Source: Candidatus Eiseniibacteriota bacterium (GTDB taxonomy: Bacteria; Eisenbacteria; RBG-16-71-46). Taken from it: DNA of 64,000 nt. The stretch spans positions 160,001 through 224,000 of the forward strand of contig CAVZLN010000009.1 in assembly GCA_963776245.1 (NCBI GenBank), written 5' to 3'. A model generated the notes under the pieces. The model saw only the letters and a program-made list of their open reading frames with translations, did not search any database and was not told the DNA's origin. Both the position numbers and the translations under genes were made by a program. Shown in pieces: positions 33,397 to 45,519 of the stretch (position 1 is the stretch's first letter; each line of letters begins with the position of its first letter).

Positions 33397-36179
33397 CGCG
33401 CCCCTCCGGGCCGGGTCGCGGCGGCCGCGGCTCCCGGCCGCGGCACGGGCGGCGCCTTCGGGTCCACGTCTGCGGCGAACGCTTCCACGATCAGCTCCTT
33501 CTCCTGCTCGACGTGCATGTGGTAGTAGCCGGTGGCCGGCGTCGACGCCTCGCCACGCGCGACCACCCGCAGAGCCACTCCCATGGGAAGCACCTCCTCG
33601 ATGCGGTGGCGCAGATGCCGCCACGCGCCCATGTTCACCGGCTCCTCCTGGACCCAGCAGGCGTCGCGCGCCCGATCGTAGCGCGCGAACGCGGCGGCCA
33701 GCTCCTGGGCCGGGAACGGATAGAGCTGCTCGACGCGCACGATGGCGACGTCGGGCCGCGGCCGTGCCACCCGCTCCTCCAGCAGCGCATAGTAGAGCCT
33801 TCCCGTGGTGAGGAGCACGCTTCGCACCGCCCCCGGCTCGGCCGGCGCGTCGTCGAGCACCGGGCGGAACCCCCCGGTGGACAGCGCCGCGGCCGGCGAT
33901 ACCGCCAGCTTGTGCCGCAGCAGGCTCTTGGGACTCATGATGACGAGCGGCTTGCGGAAGCGGCGCCGCTGCTGGCGCCGCAGGGCGTGGAACAGCTGCG
34001 CGGGAGTGGTGAGGTTGCACACCTGCATGTTGCCCTGCGCGCACAGCTCGAGGAAGCGCTCGAGGCGCGCGCTCGAGTGCTCGGGCCCCTGCCCCTCGTA
34101 GCCGTGCGGCAGCAGCAGCGTGAGCCCGGACATGCGGCGCCACTTGGATTCCGCGCTCGCCAGGAACTGGTCGATGTACACCTGCGCGACGTTGGCGAAA
34201 TCGCCGAACTGCGCCTCCCAGATCGTGAGCGTGTGCGGATCGGCGGTGCTGTAACCGTACTCGAAGCCGAGCACCGCGGCCTCGCTCAGCATGGTGTCGA
34301 TCACGTCGAACCGCCCCTGGTCCTCCGCCAGGTGCTGCAGCGGCACGTGGAGCGAGCCGTCCTCGACGTCGTGCCACACCGCGTGCCGGTGGCTGAAGGT
34401 CCCGCGCCCCGCGTCCTGCCCGGTGAGCCGGACATTGCGTCCCTCGATCAGGAGCGAGCCGAGCGCGAGCGCCTCGGCACAGCCCCAGTCGACGCGGTCC
34501 TCGGCCAGCATGCGGACGCGCTCCTGATAGAGCTTCGCCACCTTCGGGTGCGGATGGAATCCGTCGGGCACGCGCATCGCGGCGTCCGCGACCTGCTCGA
34601 GGAGCTGGCGCGGCACCGCGGTCTGCGCGCCCCAGTCCTCGCCGGCCCAGTCGAGCCCGTTCCACGCGCCGCCGAGCGGCACCTCGCCGTGCGGCTTGGC
34701 CTCGGTGCGGGTGCGCCGGTGCGCCGCCGCCAGGGTCTCGGCGATGTCCTGTTCGAGTTGCGCCAGCGCCGCGTCGCCGAGCACGCCCTCGCCCACCAGC
34801 CGCTCGGCGTACCGGCGCGACGCCGGCACGTGGCCGGCGATCCTCCGGTACATCACCGGCTGGGTGAACGTCGGGTCATCCATCTCATTGTGCCCGTGCC
34901 GGCGGTAGCACACCAGGTGCACGAACACGTCCTGCCGGAACCGGGCGCGGTACTCGAGGGCGATCGCGACCGCGTGCACCGCGGCCTCGGGATCGTCCCC
35001 GTTCACGTGCAGCACCGGCGCATCCACCACCCGCGCGATGTCGGTGGGATAGCGCCCGGTGCGGGAGTCGTGCGGCGAGGTGGTGAAGCCCACCTGGTTG
35101 TCCACGATCAGGTGCAGGGTGCCGCCGGTCCGATAGGCCGGCAACTGCGCCAGCGCGATGGTCTCGGGGACGATGCCCTCGCCCGACATCGCCGCGTCGC
35201 CATGGATGAGCACCGGGATGCCGCGGTCCCCGGCGAGATCGCGCATGTACACCTGCCGGGCGCGCACCGAGCCCAGCACCACCGGATTCACGAACTCGAG
35301 ATGGCTGGGATTGAAATTGAGGTCGAGGTGGATGCTGCGGCCCGAGCGCGCCCGGTGCAGCGAGGAGTACCCCATGTGGTACTTCACGTCCCCGTGCCCC
35401 TGGATCTCCTCCGGGAGGTAGGTGGACTCGAACTCGCTGAAGATGTTCTCGAGCGGCTTGTGGAGGATGTTCGCGAGCACGTTGAGCCGCCCGCGGTGGG
35501 GCATGCCGAGCACGAGCTGCTCCACCCCGAGCGCGGCGGCGTCCTCGATCAGCGTCCCGAGCATCGGGATGAGCGTGGCGCCGCCTTCGAGCGAGAAGCG
35601 CTTCTGCCCGACGTAGCGGGTGTGCAGGAACTGCTCGAAGGCGTCCGCCATCAGCAGAGAGCGCAGGATGCGCATCCGTTCCTCGGGAGCCAGCGCGGGC
35701 TTCCCGCGCGAGGTCTCCATGCGCTCCTGCAGCCAGTCGCGGCGCGCCTTGTCCGCGATGTCCATGGACTCGAGGGCGAGCGTGCCGCAGTAGGTCTCGC
35801 GCAGCGCGAGGATCAGGGCGCGGAGCGTGCCCTGGAACCCGCCGCGGAACGGCTCGGGGTCCGCCGGGCGGTCGAGGTCGGCCTCGGTCAGGCCGAAGTT
35901 GGCAAGCTCGAGCAGCGGGTGCTCGGTCGGGTTCACGCCCAGCGGGTCGAGCTGGGCCACCCAGTGGCCGAACTCGCGGTAGGCGGCCACCAGTCCGAAC
36001 ACCCCGCCGGCAGGCCCCCCGGCGCGCGGGGCGCGGGCGGGATCCTGAGCGAGTTCGAAGCCGGCGAAGAACAGCCCCCAATCCTCGGGCACCGAGCCGG
36101 GATCCTGGCGGAAACGCCGGTACTGCTCCTCGATGAAGCCGGCATTGGCGCGCTGGATGAAGTCGTACCTCGGCGGCAT
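33393..36179 (-). CDS. sucA: 2-oxoglutarate dehydrogenase E1
   Basis: [43 protein letters not shown] and [10 protein letters not shown]. Confidence 0.97.
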   Translation of the reverse strand: MPPRYDFIQRANAGFIEEQYRRFRQDPGSVPEDWGLFFAGFELAQDPARAPRAGGPAGGVFGLVAAYREFGHWVAQLDPLGVNPTEHPLLELANFGLTEADLDRPADPEPFRGGFQGTLRALILALRETYCGTLALESMDIADKARRDWLQERMETSRGKPALAPEERMRILRSLLMADAFEQFLHTRYVGQKRFSLEGGATLIPMLGTLIEDAAALGVEQLVLGMPHRGRLNVLANILHKPLENIFSEFESTYLPEEIQGHGDVKYHMGYSSLHRARSGRSIHLDLNFNPSHLEFVNPVVLGSVRARQVYMRDLAGDRGIPVLIHGDAAMSGEGIVPETIALAQLPAYRTGGTLHLIVDNQVGFTTSPHDSRTGRYPTDIARVVDAPVLHVNGDDPEAAVHAVAIALEYRARFRQDVFVHLVCYRRHGHNEMDDPTFTQPVMYRRIAGHVPASRRYAERLVGEGVLGDAALAQLEQDIAETLAAAHRRTRTEAKPHGEVPLGGAWNGLDWAGEDWGAQTAVPRQLLEQVADAAMRVPDGFHPHPKVAKLYQERVRMLAEDRVDWGCAEALALGSLLIEGRNVRLTGQDAGRGTFSHRHAVWHDVEDGSLHVPLQHLAEDQGRFDVIDTMLSEAAVLGFEYGYSTADPHTLTIWEAQFGDFANVAQVYIDQFLASAESKWRRMSGLTLLLPHGYEGQGPEHSSARLERFLELCAQGNMQVCNLTTPAQLFHALRRQQRRRFRKPLVIMSPKSLLRHKLAVSPAAALSTGGFRPVLDDAPAEPGAVRSVLLTTGRLYYALLEERVARPRPDVAIVRVEQLYPFPAQELAAAFARYDRARDACWVQEEPVNMGAWRHLRHRIEEVLPMGVALRVVARGEASTPATGYYHMHVEQEKELIVEAFAADVDPKAPPVPRPGAAAAATRPGGAR

Positions 36180-36343
36180 CCGCTCCTCGTGGGCGTTCGA
36201 AGACCCCGCGGAGCTGCCCTGCCCGCGGGTCGCGCGACCTCGTCGTTGAGGCGGCGGAGACTAGCACGAACATGCGGGCGCTGCCGACCGACCCGGGCCC
36301 TCCCCCGGCGTCTCCGAGGTTGTGATCGGGCCCGCGCCTCCCT

Positions 36344-37307
<964 letters not shown>

Positions 37308-37315
<8 letters not shown>

Positions 37316-38378
37316 CCCCGCGCGCGGCGCGCGAACGCGGTTCGAGCGCAACGCGCTCGCCCAGCTGACCTGGGTGCGCATCCTGGGCTTCCTGCGCGAG
37401 CCCGAGGCGCTGTTCTGGGTGTTCGCGTTCCCGTTGCTGATGGCGCTCGCGCTCGGCATCGCGTTCCGCCAGCAGGGGCCCCAGCGGAGCCGCGTGGGTG
37501 TCGAGCAGGGCGCCGGCGCCGGGGCGATCGCGCGCGCGCTCGCCGCCTCGCCCGATCTCGAGGTGGTCACGCTGCCGAGCGCCGCGGCCGAGCGCGCGCT
37601 GGCGCGCGGGCGCATCGCGGTGCTGGTGCGCCGGGCCTCCTCCGGCGCCCCGTTGCTGGTGTACGACCCGCAGCGCCCGGAGACCCGGCTCGCCCATCTC
37701 GCGGCGCTCGACGCGCTCGAGCGCGCGGCGGGCCGCGCCGACCGCCTGCAGGCGCGTGAGGATATCCGGCCCCGACCGGGTGGGCGTTACATCGACTTCC
37801 TGATCCCGGGACTGATCGGGCTCAATCTGCTGGGCACCGGCATGTGGGGGGTCGGGTTCGCGATCGCCAACGCCCGCCAGCAGCACCTGCTCAAGCGCAT
37901 GATCGCGACCCCGATGCGCAGGAGCGACTACCTGCTGGCGATGGTGCTCGGGCGCATGGTGTGGCTGGTGCCCGAGGTGGTCGCGCTGCTGGGATTCGGC
38001 ATCCTCGCCTTCGGCGTCGAGGTGCGCGGCTCGTGGACGGCGTTCGCGCTCGTGACCGTGGTCGGCGCGCTCGCGTTCTCGGCCCTCGGACTGATGGTGG
38101 CGAGCCGCGCGCGCACCGTCGAGGCGGTCTCGGGGCTCATGAACGTCGTCATGCTCCCGATGTGGATGCTCTCGGGCTCGTTCTTCTCGTCCGAGCGCTT
38201 CCCGGCGGTGATGCAGCCGTTCGTGAAGGCGCTCCCGCTCACGCTCGCGAACGACGCGCTGCGCGCGATCGCCAACGAGGGTGCCGGGCTGGCCGCGGTG
38301 GCGCCCCAGCTGGCGGCGCTCGCGGCCTGGGGCGTGGTGACGTTCGTGATCGCGGTGCGCATCTTCCGCTGGGAATGA
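37308..38378 (+). CDS. ABC-2 type exporter permease
   Basis: REPEALFW, YIDFLIPG, LKR..ATP and several TM segments. Overlaps the ATPase gene. Confidence 0.9.
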
Positions 38379-38462
38379 CGCGCGGGGCCCGCGCCCTCCG
38401 TCATCCGCGGCGGGCGCGGGGATGCTCCCCCACCGGGCCTCGCCCCCCGCGCCCCGCGCGCG

Positions 38463-38864
38463 TCAGACGGCGCTACCGCAGTGCTTGCACTTCTTGGCCG
38501 CCACGGCGACCGGCTCGAGGCATTCGGGACAGGTCTTGGTCGGGGCCGCGGCCGGCACCGGCTCGGGCCTGAGCATCGCCTTGGTGATCAGGAACACGCA
38601 CAGCGCGATGATCACGAAGTCCACCACCGCGCCGATGAAGGAGCCGACACTGAGTGCCGCGCCCACGGTGCCGTCGGCCTTGTGGGTGAGCGCGATCTTG
38701 AGCTCGCGCCACTCGCCGCTCGGGATGGCGATCCCGATGAGGGGCATCAGCAGGTCCCCCACCAGCGACGACACCACCTTGCCCACGGCCCCGCCGATGA
38801 TGACACCGACCGCGAGCCCGAGCGCGTTGGTCTTGAGCAGGAACGACTTGAATTCCTTCACCAT
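38463..38864 (-). CDS. mscL: Large-conductance mechanosensitive channel with C-terminal zinc ribbon
   Basis: MVKEFKSFL..NALGLAVGVIIGGA..VVSSLV.D..MP, and C-terminal CPEC...CKHC. GGAGG RBS. Confidence 0.9.
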   Translation of the reverse strand: MVKEFKSFLLKTNALGLAVGVIIGGAVGKVVSSLVGDLLMPLIGIAIPSGEWRELKIALTHKADGTVGAALSVGSFIGAVVDFVIIALCVFLITKAMLRPEPVPAAAPTKTCPECLEPVAVAAKKCKHCGSAV

Positions 38865-38908
38865 CTGAACCTCCGTGTCCGCAGGTCGTGACGGTCGGAT
38901 GGGGACGA

Positions 38909-39337
38909 TCAGCCCAGCAGGGTGGCCTCGAGTGTGATCTTCGCGTTGAGGAGCCGCGAGATCGGGCAGCTGGTCTTGGCGACCGAGGCCGCCTCGTCGA
39001 ACTTCGCGCGGTCGGCGCCCGGGATCCTCGCCACCAGCACCAGGTGGCTGGACGTCACGGTGAAGCCCGCCGCCGTCTTCTCCATCCCGACGCGGGCGGT
39101 CACGCTCAGGCTCTCGGCGGTCAGGCCGCGCTCGCCCAGCTGCCCGGAGAGCGCCATCGCGAAGCAGCCGGCGTGCGCGGCGGCGATCAGCTCCTCGGGA
39201 TTGGTGCCCTTGCCGTCCTCGAACCGGTCGCGGAACGAGTACGGGGTGTCCTTGAAGATGCCGCTGGCGGAGGCGAGCGTGCCCTTGCCGTCTCGCAGCC
39301 CGCCCTTCCAGACCGCCGTCGCCTGGCGCTCGATCAT
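38909..39337 (-). CDS. osmC: OsmC family peroxiredoxin
   Basis: GTNPEELIAAAHAGCFAMAL and CPIS. Confidence 0.9.
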   Translation of the reverse strand: MIERQATAVWKGGLRDGKGTLASASGIFKDTPYSFRDRFEDGKGTNPEELIAAAHAGCFAMALSGQLGERGLTAESLSVTARVGMEKTAAGFTVTSSHLVLVARIPGADRAKFDEAASVAKTSCPISRLLNAKITLEATLLG

Positions 39338-39388
39338 GAGACCTCCCCTTCGATCGTGTGGATGGGACGAACTTGCCCGCGCGACCGC

Positions 39389-39958
39389 CTACGGCGCGCG
39401 GTAGTAGGGATTGGTGCCGCCCGCGTGGTCGGTGTTGTCGAGGACCTCGCGGATCGACGGCACCGCCTCGCGGATGCGCACCGCGACGCCCTGCTTGAGG
39501 GTGGTGTCCACCATGCCGCATCCCTGGCAGCCGCCGCCGAACTGGATGTAGGCCACCCCGTCCTTCACGTCGAGCAGCGTGACGTATCCGCCGTGACCGC
39601 CCACCGCGGGATTGACCTCCTCGTCGATCACCTTCTGCACCGCCTGCGCGTCCGGGTCGCGCCAGATCGGATTCGGGTTGTCGATCCGGAAGCCGCTCTC
39701 CACCGGGGTCTCGACGTAGTCGATGGTGGTCCCCTTCAGGTCGGGACCGCTCGCCGCGTCCACCAGCACCTGGAAGGGCCCCGCGTCCACCACGGTGTCG
39801 TCCGGGGCGCGCTCGGTGGCGTCCACGAAACCGAGGCGGTACTGGAACCCGCCCCGTCCACGCCCGGTGACGCCGATCCGCAGCGCCTGCCCGGGCTTGC
39901 CTTCGCTCTGCATCAACTCGGCGATCTTTCCGACCGCGAGCTCGGTGATGACGATCAT
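39389..39958 (-). CDS. nfuA: NfuA-like Fe-S cluster carrier (degenerate IscA domain + NifU-C domain)
   Basis: ITE.A...LRIGV...GF.IDNPN N-terminal domain, then VNPAVGGHGG, GGGCQGCG and TDHAGGTNPYY. Confidence 0.85.
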   Translation of the reverse strand: MIVITELAVGKIAELMQSEGKPGQALRIGVTGRGRGGFQYRLGFVDATERAPDDTVVDAGPFQVLVDAASGPDLKGTTIDYVETPVESGFRIDNPNPIWRDPDAQAVQKVIDEEVNPAVGGHGGYVTLLDVKDGVAYIQFGGGCQGCGMVDTTLKQGVAVRIREAVPSIREVLDNTDHAGGTNPYYRAP

Positions 39959-40309
39959 GTCGGGACTCTCCTGGGTATCCGGGCCATGGATGCGCGAACA
40001 CCGCCGCACCCGGGCCTTGGATGCGCAAATTAGCCGCGCGTCGCACCCCGCCGCAAGCGCCGCCCGGGTCCGGGACCGCCCGGGGCGGACCGGACGGCCC
40101 CGGCGCGGGCGCGGCCGGTGCCCCGGCGGGCCGTCCGCCGCGCCCCGGCGGGGGCCGCGCTCCCCGCGCTGGTGAGAATCCAGCCCGGAGCCGATACCCC
40201 GGGGTTGAACGGCGAGGCCCCGGCCTTCACCATGCCCGCGGTCTGCATCACCCAGCAGCACGGTCGGCGGACGGAGCCGGCCGCCTCACGCCATGGAGGG
40301 TCCCCGATC

Positions 40310-42181
40310 GTGACCGAGCAGCCCGACGGCAGGACGCCCGAGCAGATCGAGCGCGACTGGTTCGAGCACGTCTACACCGGCCGCGGCGACACCATGCGCC
40401 AGCTCACCCCGCGCGCCCTCATCATGGGAGCCCTGCTCGGCTGCGTGATGTCGCTGACCAACCTCTACATCGGACTCAAGACCGGCTGGGCGCTCGGGGT
40501 CGCGATCACGGCCTGCATCCTCTCGTTCTCCATCTGGCGCTCGCTGCGCACGCTCGCGCCGTTCCTGGTGCGCAGCGATTTCACCATCCTCGAGAACAAC
40601 TGCATGCAGTCCACCGCGACGGCCGCCGGGTACTCGGTCGGCGGCACCATGGTCTCCGCGATCGCGGCGATGCTCATGCTCACCGGCCGGCAGATGGACT
40701 TCTGGGTGCTGCTGGGCTGGAACGTCCTGCTCGCGGTGCTGGGCGTGGTGATGGCGGTGCCGCTCAAGCGCCAGATGATCAACGTCGAGCAGCTGCGTTT
40801 CCCCGACGGCACCGCCGCGGCCGAGACCCTCAAGAGCCTGCACGCCACCGGCGGTGAGGCGGTGAAGAAGGCGCGCGCGCTCACGGTCGCGGGCGTGTCG
40901 GGCGCGGCGGTGGCCTGGCTGCGCGACGCCACGTTCCGCTTCATGCCCTGGAACATGCCCGCGGAGCTGCCGTTCGGAGGGTTCACCGCCGGCGGCATCC
41001 CGCTCGCCCAGCTCACCCTCAAGTGGGACATGGGGCTGGTGATGATGGCGGCGGGCGCCATCGCCGGGTTCCGCGTCGGCTGGAGCATGCTGCTCGGCGC
41101 GGTCATCAACTACGCGGTGCTCGCCCCGATCATGATCCACCGCGGCGACATCGCGGTGCTCCACGCGGGCGCGACCATCGGCTTCCGCGACATCACGCGC
41201 TGGTCGCTGTGGATCGGCGCCTCGATGATGGTGGTCTCGAGCCTGGTCTCGCTCGCGTTCCACGGCCGGACCATCGGGCGCGCGCTGGCGGGGCTCGGCG
41301 GCGCGTTCGGGCGGCGGCCCGCCGCCGCCGACGATCCGATGAAGGCGATCGAGGTCCCGGCCTCATGGGTGGCCTTCGGGTTCATCACCGCGGGCGCGGG
41401 CGTGGTGTGGATGCTGCACCACGTCTGGCACGTGACCTGGTGGATGGGCGTGATCGCGGTGCTGCTCACCTGGGTGCTGTCGGTGGTGGCGTGCCGCGCC
41501 ACCGGCGAGACCAACACCACGCCCACCGGGGCGCTCGGCAAGGTCACGCAGCTCACCTACGGCGTGCTCGCGCCCTCGAACATGACCACCAACCTCATGA
41601 ATGCGTCGGTCACGGCCAACGCCGCCGGGTGTGCCGCCGACCTGCTGACCGATCTCAAGAGCGGCTACCTGCTCGGCGCCAATCCGCGCCAGCAATTCAT
41701 CGCCCAGGTGGCCGGCATACTCCCCGGCGCGATCGTCGTGGGTCTCGCCTGGAACATCCTGGTGCCGAACGCCGCGGCGCTCGGCGGCGACCGTTTTCCC
41801 GCCCCCGCCGCGCAGGTGTGGAAGGGCGTCGCCGAACTGCTCTCGAACGGCGTCGGCATGTTGCCGGTGAGCGCGCGCTGGGGCGCGCTGGCCGGCGCGC
41901 TGATCGGGCTCGCGCTCCCGCTCACCGAGCGTGCGTTCCCGCGGGCGAAGAAGTTCATCCCGTCGCCCACCGGGCTCGGCCTCGCGTTCGTGATGCAGGG
42001 CTTCAACGCCATCTCGATGTTCGCGGGCGCGGCGATCGCGCTGGGGATCGAGAAGGCCCGCCCCCGGACGGCCGAGACCTACGTGATCCCGGTGGCCTCG
42101 GGCGTGATCGCCGGCGAGAGCATCATGGCGATCATCATCATCGTGATGCAGAACGTGCTGCCGGGGTGGGTGCGGCCCTAG
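40310..42181 (+). CDS. OPT/YSL family oligopeptide transporter
   Basis: QLTPRA, NLYIGLKTGW, ENNCMQS, FPDGTAAAE, DLKSGYLLGANPR and APAAQVW. GTG start with GGAGG RBS. Confidence 0.92.
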   Translation: MTEQPDGRTPEQIERDWFEHVYTGRGDTMRQLTPRALIMGALLGCVMSLTNLYIGLKTGWALGVAITACILSFSIWRSLRTLAPFLVRSDFTILENNCMQSTATAAGYSVGGTMVSAIAAMLMLTGRQMDFWVLLGWNVLLAVLGVVMAVPLKRQMINVEQLRFPDGTAAAETLKSLHATGGEAVKKARALTVAGVSGAAVAWLRDATFRFMPWNMPAELPFGGFTAGGIPLAQLTLKWDMGLVMMAAGAIAGFRVGWSMLLGAVINYAVLAPIMIHRGDIAVLHAGATIGFRDITRWSLWIGASMMVVSSLVSLAFHGRTIGRALAGLGGAFGRRPAAADDPMKAIEVPASWVAFGFITAGAGVVWMLHHVWHVTWWMGVIAVLLTWVLSVVACRATGETNTTPTGALGKVTQLTYGVLAPSNMTTNLMNASVTANAAGCAADLLTDLKSGYLLGANPRQQFIAQVAGILPGAIVVGLAWNILVPNAAALGGDRFPAPAAQVWKGVAELLSNGVGMLPVSARWGALAGALIGLALPLTERAFPRAKKFIPSPTGLGLAFVMQGFNAISMFAGAAIALGIEKARPRTAETYVIPVASGVIAGESIMAIIIIVMQNVLPGWVRP

Positions 42182-42206
42182 GCCGCGCGCGCTCCCGCCC
42201 CGCGGC

Positions 42207-44216
42207 TCAACGTGATGCGCCCGCCCGGGGTGCCACGCGATACAGCCGGTAGCCAGCGTTCTCGAACACCTGCACGAACGCCGGCGCCGTCCGCTCGCCC
42301 AGCATCAGGCGCATGAGCGGGCGCTCCAGGTCCGCCGCTTCGAGCGGCAGGCCCCGCTCGAGCCGCGACAGGAACGGCGGCTGGACCACCAGGGCCATGC
42401 CATAGAGCGCGTTCCCGGGCGGCACGAGCAGGAAGCCGACCCGGTCCCGGCGGCACACCTCCAGAAGTCCGGTGTCCCCATCGGCGAACAGCACCGAGTC
42501 GATCTCGGCGATCCGGCGGAGGTTCACGGGGCTCTCGAACAGACCGTCGGTCAGTGAGGCGCACCCGGCGTGGCGCTGCAGATCGTATCCGTAGTCGACC
42601 GGGGCGAGCACCACCGTCCCGGGGGCCGCATGGGACCGCAGCCAGGCCATGCAGGCGTCCTCTCCCGGGATCAGGCGCGAGGTGCGCGAGAGCCCGAGCG
42701 CCACCCCGCACACCGAGGTCGCGACGAAGCTCGCCGCCAGCAGCGCGGTCAGGGCGGCGACCAGCGCGGTCGATGGCGCGCGGGTGCCACCGCCCCCGTC
42801 GCGCGTGGAGCGCCGCGCACGAGCCGGGCGCGCCGATGGTATGTCGCGTCCCCTGCCCGCGGGGCGCGCTCGACGGAGCGCGGCGAACAGCCCGGCGCAC
42901 ACGATCGCCACCAGGGGCGCGAGCAGCACCTTGTTCCGCAGCATGAGGAAAGTGAGCAGCGCCAGGCACGCGGTCATGTAAGCGAGCAGCGCGTGTGCCG
43001 ATCCCGGCATCGACCGCGGGTCGCCGCCCTGTCCGCGGTCGAGCCAGCGGAACAGGAGCGGCGCCACGAGGCACCACGGCCCGAGCGCCAGGAACTGCTG
43101 GGGCCCCACGAGAAGCGCGAGCGGCGTCAGCGCGTAGAGTTCCTCGACCTGATAGAGCAGGGACGTCAGCGGCGTCGGAGGAGGACCGGCTGCGGTCCAC
43201 GGGGAGACGAGCTGGCCGAGCTTGAACCAGAGCAGTTCGAGGGCACCTCCGTAGGGAGAGGGCGGCGCCAACCCGCTGCCCCCCAGCCATCCGAGCGCGA
43301 GCGCGGACGCGAGCACGGCGACGCGCATGCCGCGGGGACGCTCGGGCGCGAGAGCCGGGAGGAACAGCGCGAGCGCGACGGCGACGGTCGCGAACCAAGC
43401 GGGCGAGAGCACGAACCGCTGGGCGTGCAGGTACTCGATGGCCGGGGACGCCAGCAGGACCGCGGCGATCCCGATCGCGAACCACTCGCGGAGAGCCCGG
43501 CGCGCTCCGCTCCACGCCGCGACGATGGCGACGAACCCGGTCTCGAGCAGGGGGACCATCAGGGGCACCCGCCACACCGTGATCGCCGCGACCAGTGCCA
43601 GCGCCGAGAGGATCGAATCGAGCCGGCGGCGCGCCACGGGCTCCGCCAGCGCGCGGAACGCGAACGCGAGGTGGGTGGTGACCAGCAGCGTGCCGATCGC
43701 GTCGTAGCGCACCCAGTAGCACACCGTGCGGTGCACATGCGCGGGCATCAGGGCGGCCAGCGCCGCCGCGATCAGCGCCGCGCCCGCGTGGGGGTAGAGC
43801 GCGCGCGCCGCGACCCAGACCGGCAGCGCGATCAGCGCACCGGCGACGGCGGTGAGCCACAGCAGGAGCCGGTGGACTCCCGCCTCGTCGCGGGCGCCGG
43901 TCAGGTGGCACGCGGCGGCGGCGATCGAGTAGAGCCCCTGCGGAAGCAGCGGACCGATCCGCCGGCCCGCGGGTGCCTCGCTGAACCGATCGGGGGACGG
44001 CAGGCGGCCCTCCCGCACCAGCGCCAGCACCAGCCGTTCGTGGTAGGCGGCGTCCGACTTGAGCTGCAGTCCGGGGTCCTCGAACCAGGGCGCCATCCGC
44101 ACCGCGGTGCCACAGACGATCACGGCGACCAGGACTGCAAGCGTGACGAGCGCGCCCCGGTGCGGGGTGGCGGAGGACCCGGAAGGGCGTGCGGGTGCGG
44201 CTGAGCGGAGTGCCAT
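42207..44216 (-). CDS. STT3/AglB-like polytopic membrane glycosyltransferase (GT-C fold)
   Basis: SDAAYHER (cf. AglB D-x-x-Y-H), DxxxxxPxG, RYD, many TM helices, VEE loop and C-terminal WLR...VLAPVDYGY...TDG. Start estimated at the ATG at 44216. Confidence 0.6.
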   Translation of the reverse strand: MALRSAAPARPSGSSATPHRGALVTLAVLVAVIVCGTAVRMAPWFEDPGLQLKSDAAYHERLVLALVREGRLPSPDRFSEAPAGRRIGPLLPQGLYSIAAAACHLTGARDEAGVHRLLLWLTAVAGALIALPVWVAARALYPHAGAALIAAALAALMPAHVHRTVCYWVRYDAIGTLLVTTHLAFAFRALAEPVARRRLDSILSALALVAAITVWRVPLMVPLLETGFVAIVAAWSGARRALREWFAIGIAAVLLASPAIEYLHAQRFVLSPAWFATVAVALALFLPALAPERPRGMRVAVLASALALGWLGGSGLAPPSPYGGALELLWFKLGQLVSPWTAAGPPPTPLTSLLYQVEELYALTPLALLVGPQQFLALGPWCLVAPLLFRWLDRGQGGDPRSMPGSAHALLAYMTACLALLTFLMLRNKVLLAPLVAIVCAGLFAALRRARPAGRGRDIPSARPARARRSTRDGGGGTRAPSTALVAALTALLAASFVATSVCGVALGLSRTSRLIPGEDACMAWLRSHAAPGTVVLAPVDYGYDLQRHAGCASLTDGLFESPVNLRRIAEIDSVLFADGDTGLLEVCRRDRVGFLLVPPGNALYGMALVVQPPFLSRLERGLPLEAADLERPLMRLMLGERTAPAFVQVFENAGYRLYRVAPRAGASR

Positions 44217-44477
44217 GGGAGAGGAGGTGGGGCTGGCACCCCTGCACGCACCGTGGCGAAGCTCTCGCCGCGGTGTCCGTGCACGAAGGCGCACGCATGG
44301 ACGATACAAGGATTCGCGCGCCGGTTCCAAGGCGACGCGCCCGCCTGCCGACTCGGAGCGAGGCACGCGAGACCGACGCGCCGTGTCACGCCCTCCGAGA
44401 CTGGGTAGTATCACGCGCACCGGCACCGCTGGGTGCCGAGTCATGGTCGCGATCCGACGAACTCCTGGGGAGCACGC

Positions 44478-45164
44478 ATGCCTTCCGCCGACGAGACACC
44501 GCTGCTCCGGCACGCACCGGCCACCGTGCAGGGCCGCTACCTGGCGCGCCCGCCGCGAGCCGGAACCGCGAGGCACCACTGGATCGGGTTCCACGGGTAC
44601 GCGCAGACCGCCGAGGCCATGCTGGAGGCGTTCGCCTCTTGCGTGCCCGGCGACGACTGGCTGGTGGTATCGGTGCAGGCGCTGCATCCCTTCTACGTCG
44701 GGAGCAGCAATGTTGTGGTGGCAAGCTGGATGACACGGCTCGATCGCGAATCCGCGATCGCGAGCAACGTGGCCTATGTGGACACGGTGGTGGAGCAGCT
44801 CGAGCGCGAGTTCGGGACGCCGCGGACGCGCGTGTTCGCTGGATTCTCCCAGGGCGTCGGCATGGCCTATCGCGCCGGGGCGCTCGGCCGCCATGGCTGC
44901 GAGGCCATCATCGCGGTGGGCGGCGACGTGCCGCCCGAACTGGCGGCGGCGCCCCCGCGCCCGTGGCCCCTCGTGCTCGCGATGACGGGTGAGCGCGACG
45001 CGTACCACCCTCCCGCCGCACTCGAGCGTGACGTGGAGCGGCTCCGAGCGCACGGCACCGACGTGCGATCGAGGGTGCTCGGCGGTGCGCATGAATGGTC
45101 CGCGGAGGTCGCCGAGGCCGCCGCGTCCCTGCTGCGCGAACTGCAGACCCGGCCCAATCGCTGA
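44478..45164 (+). CDS. Alpha/beta hydrolase (phospholipase/carboxylesterase-like)
   Basis: FHGY, nucleophile motif GFSQG, GERD and GAHEW. Confidence 0.82.
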   Translation: MPSADETPLLRHAPATVQGRYLARPPRAGTARHHWIGFHGYAQTAEAMLEAFASCVPGDDWLVVSVQALHPFYVGSSNVVVASWMTRLDRESAIASNVAYVDTVVEQLEREFGTPRTRVFAGFSQGVGMAYRAGALGRHGCEAIIAVGGDVPPELAAAPPRPWPLVLAMTGERDAYHPPAALERDVERLRAHGTDVRSRVLGGAHEWSAEVAEAAASLLRELQTRPNR

Positions 45165-45519
45165 GCCGGGAGGGCGAGGCCGACGGGCTGAGCACGGCGG
45201 TTCGATTCGGCCTCCGCTCTCACTCAAGAAGATGAGCAAGCGGGTGCCCGCGTGACTCGGGCTGCGCGCCGGACGCCGCCGTCGACACGATTTCGCTTGA
45301 CACGTTTCGCGCACCCTGGCGTGCTCGACTCAGCGCCCGCGCTGCGACTGCGCGTCTGCGCGCGCAGGATGCGCGCAGTGGTCCTCGCGACTGCGAGCGG
45401 CGGTCATTTTGCGCGATGCCCCGCGCGGCGCGCGCTCCGGGCACCCACGAGCGTCTCGAACACGCGTGATAGAAAGAGTGCCTGCCCCCGCGACCGAGTC
45501 CCCGTTGCGGAGTCCCGCC

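Noticed and set aside
38463..38560. Zinc ribbon on MscL
   Set aside because: To my knowledge a common MscL variant, so not novel.
39389..39958. IscA-like domain lacking its cysteines
   Set aside because: This is normal for the degenerate N-terminal domain of NfuA.
45195..45222. GGCGGTTCGATTCGGCC resembles a tRNA T-arm or att-site remnant
   Set aside because: The stem is mismatched, there is no D-arm, anticodon arm or CCA end, and there is no integrase. It is better explained as one arm of a local hairpin.
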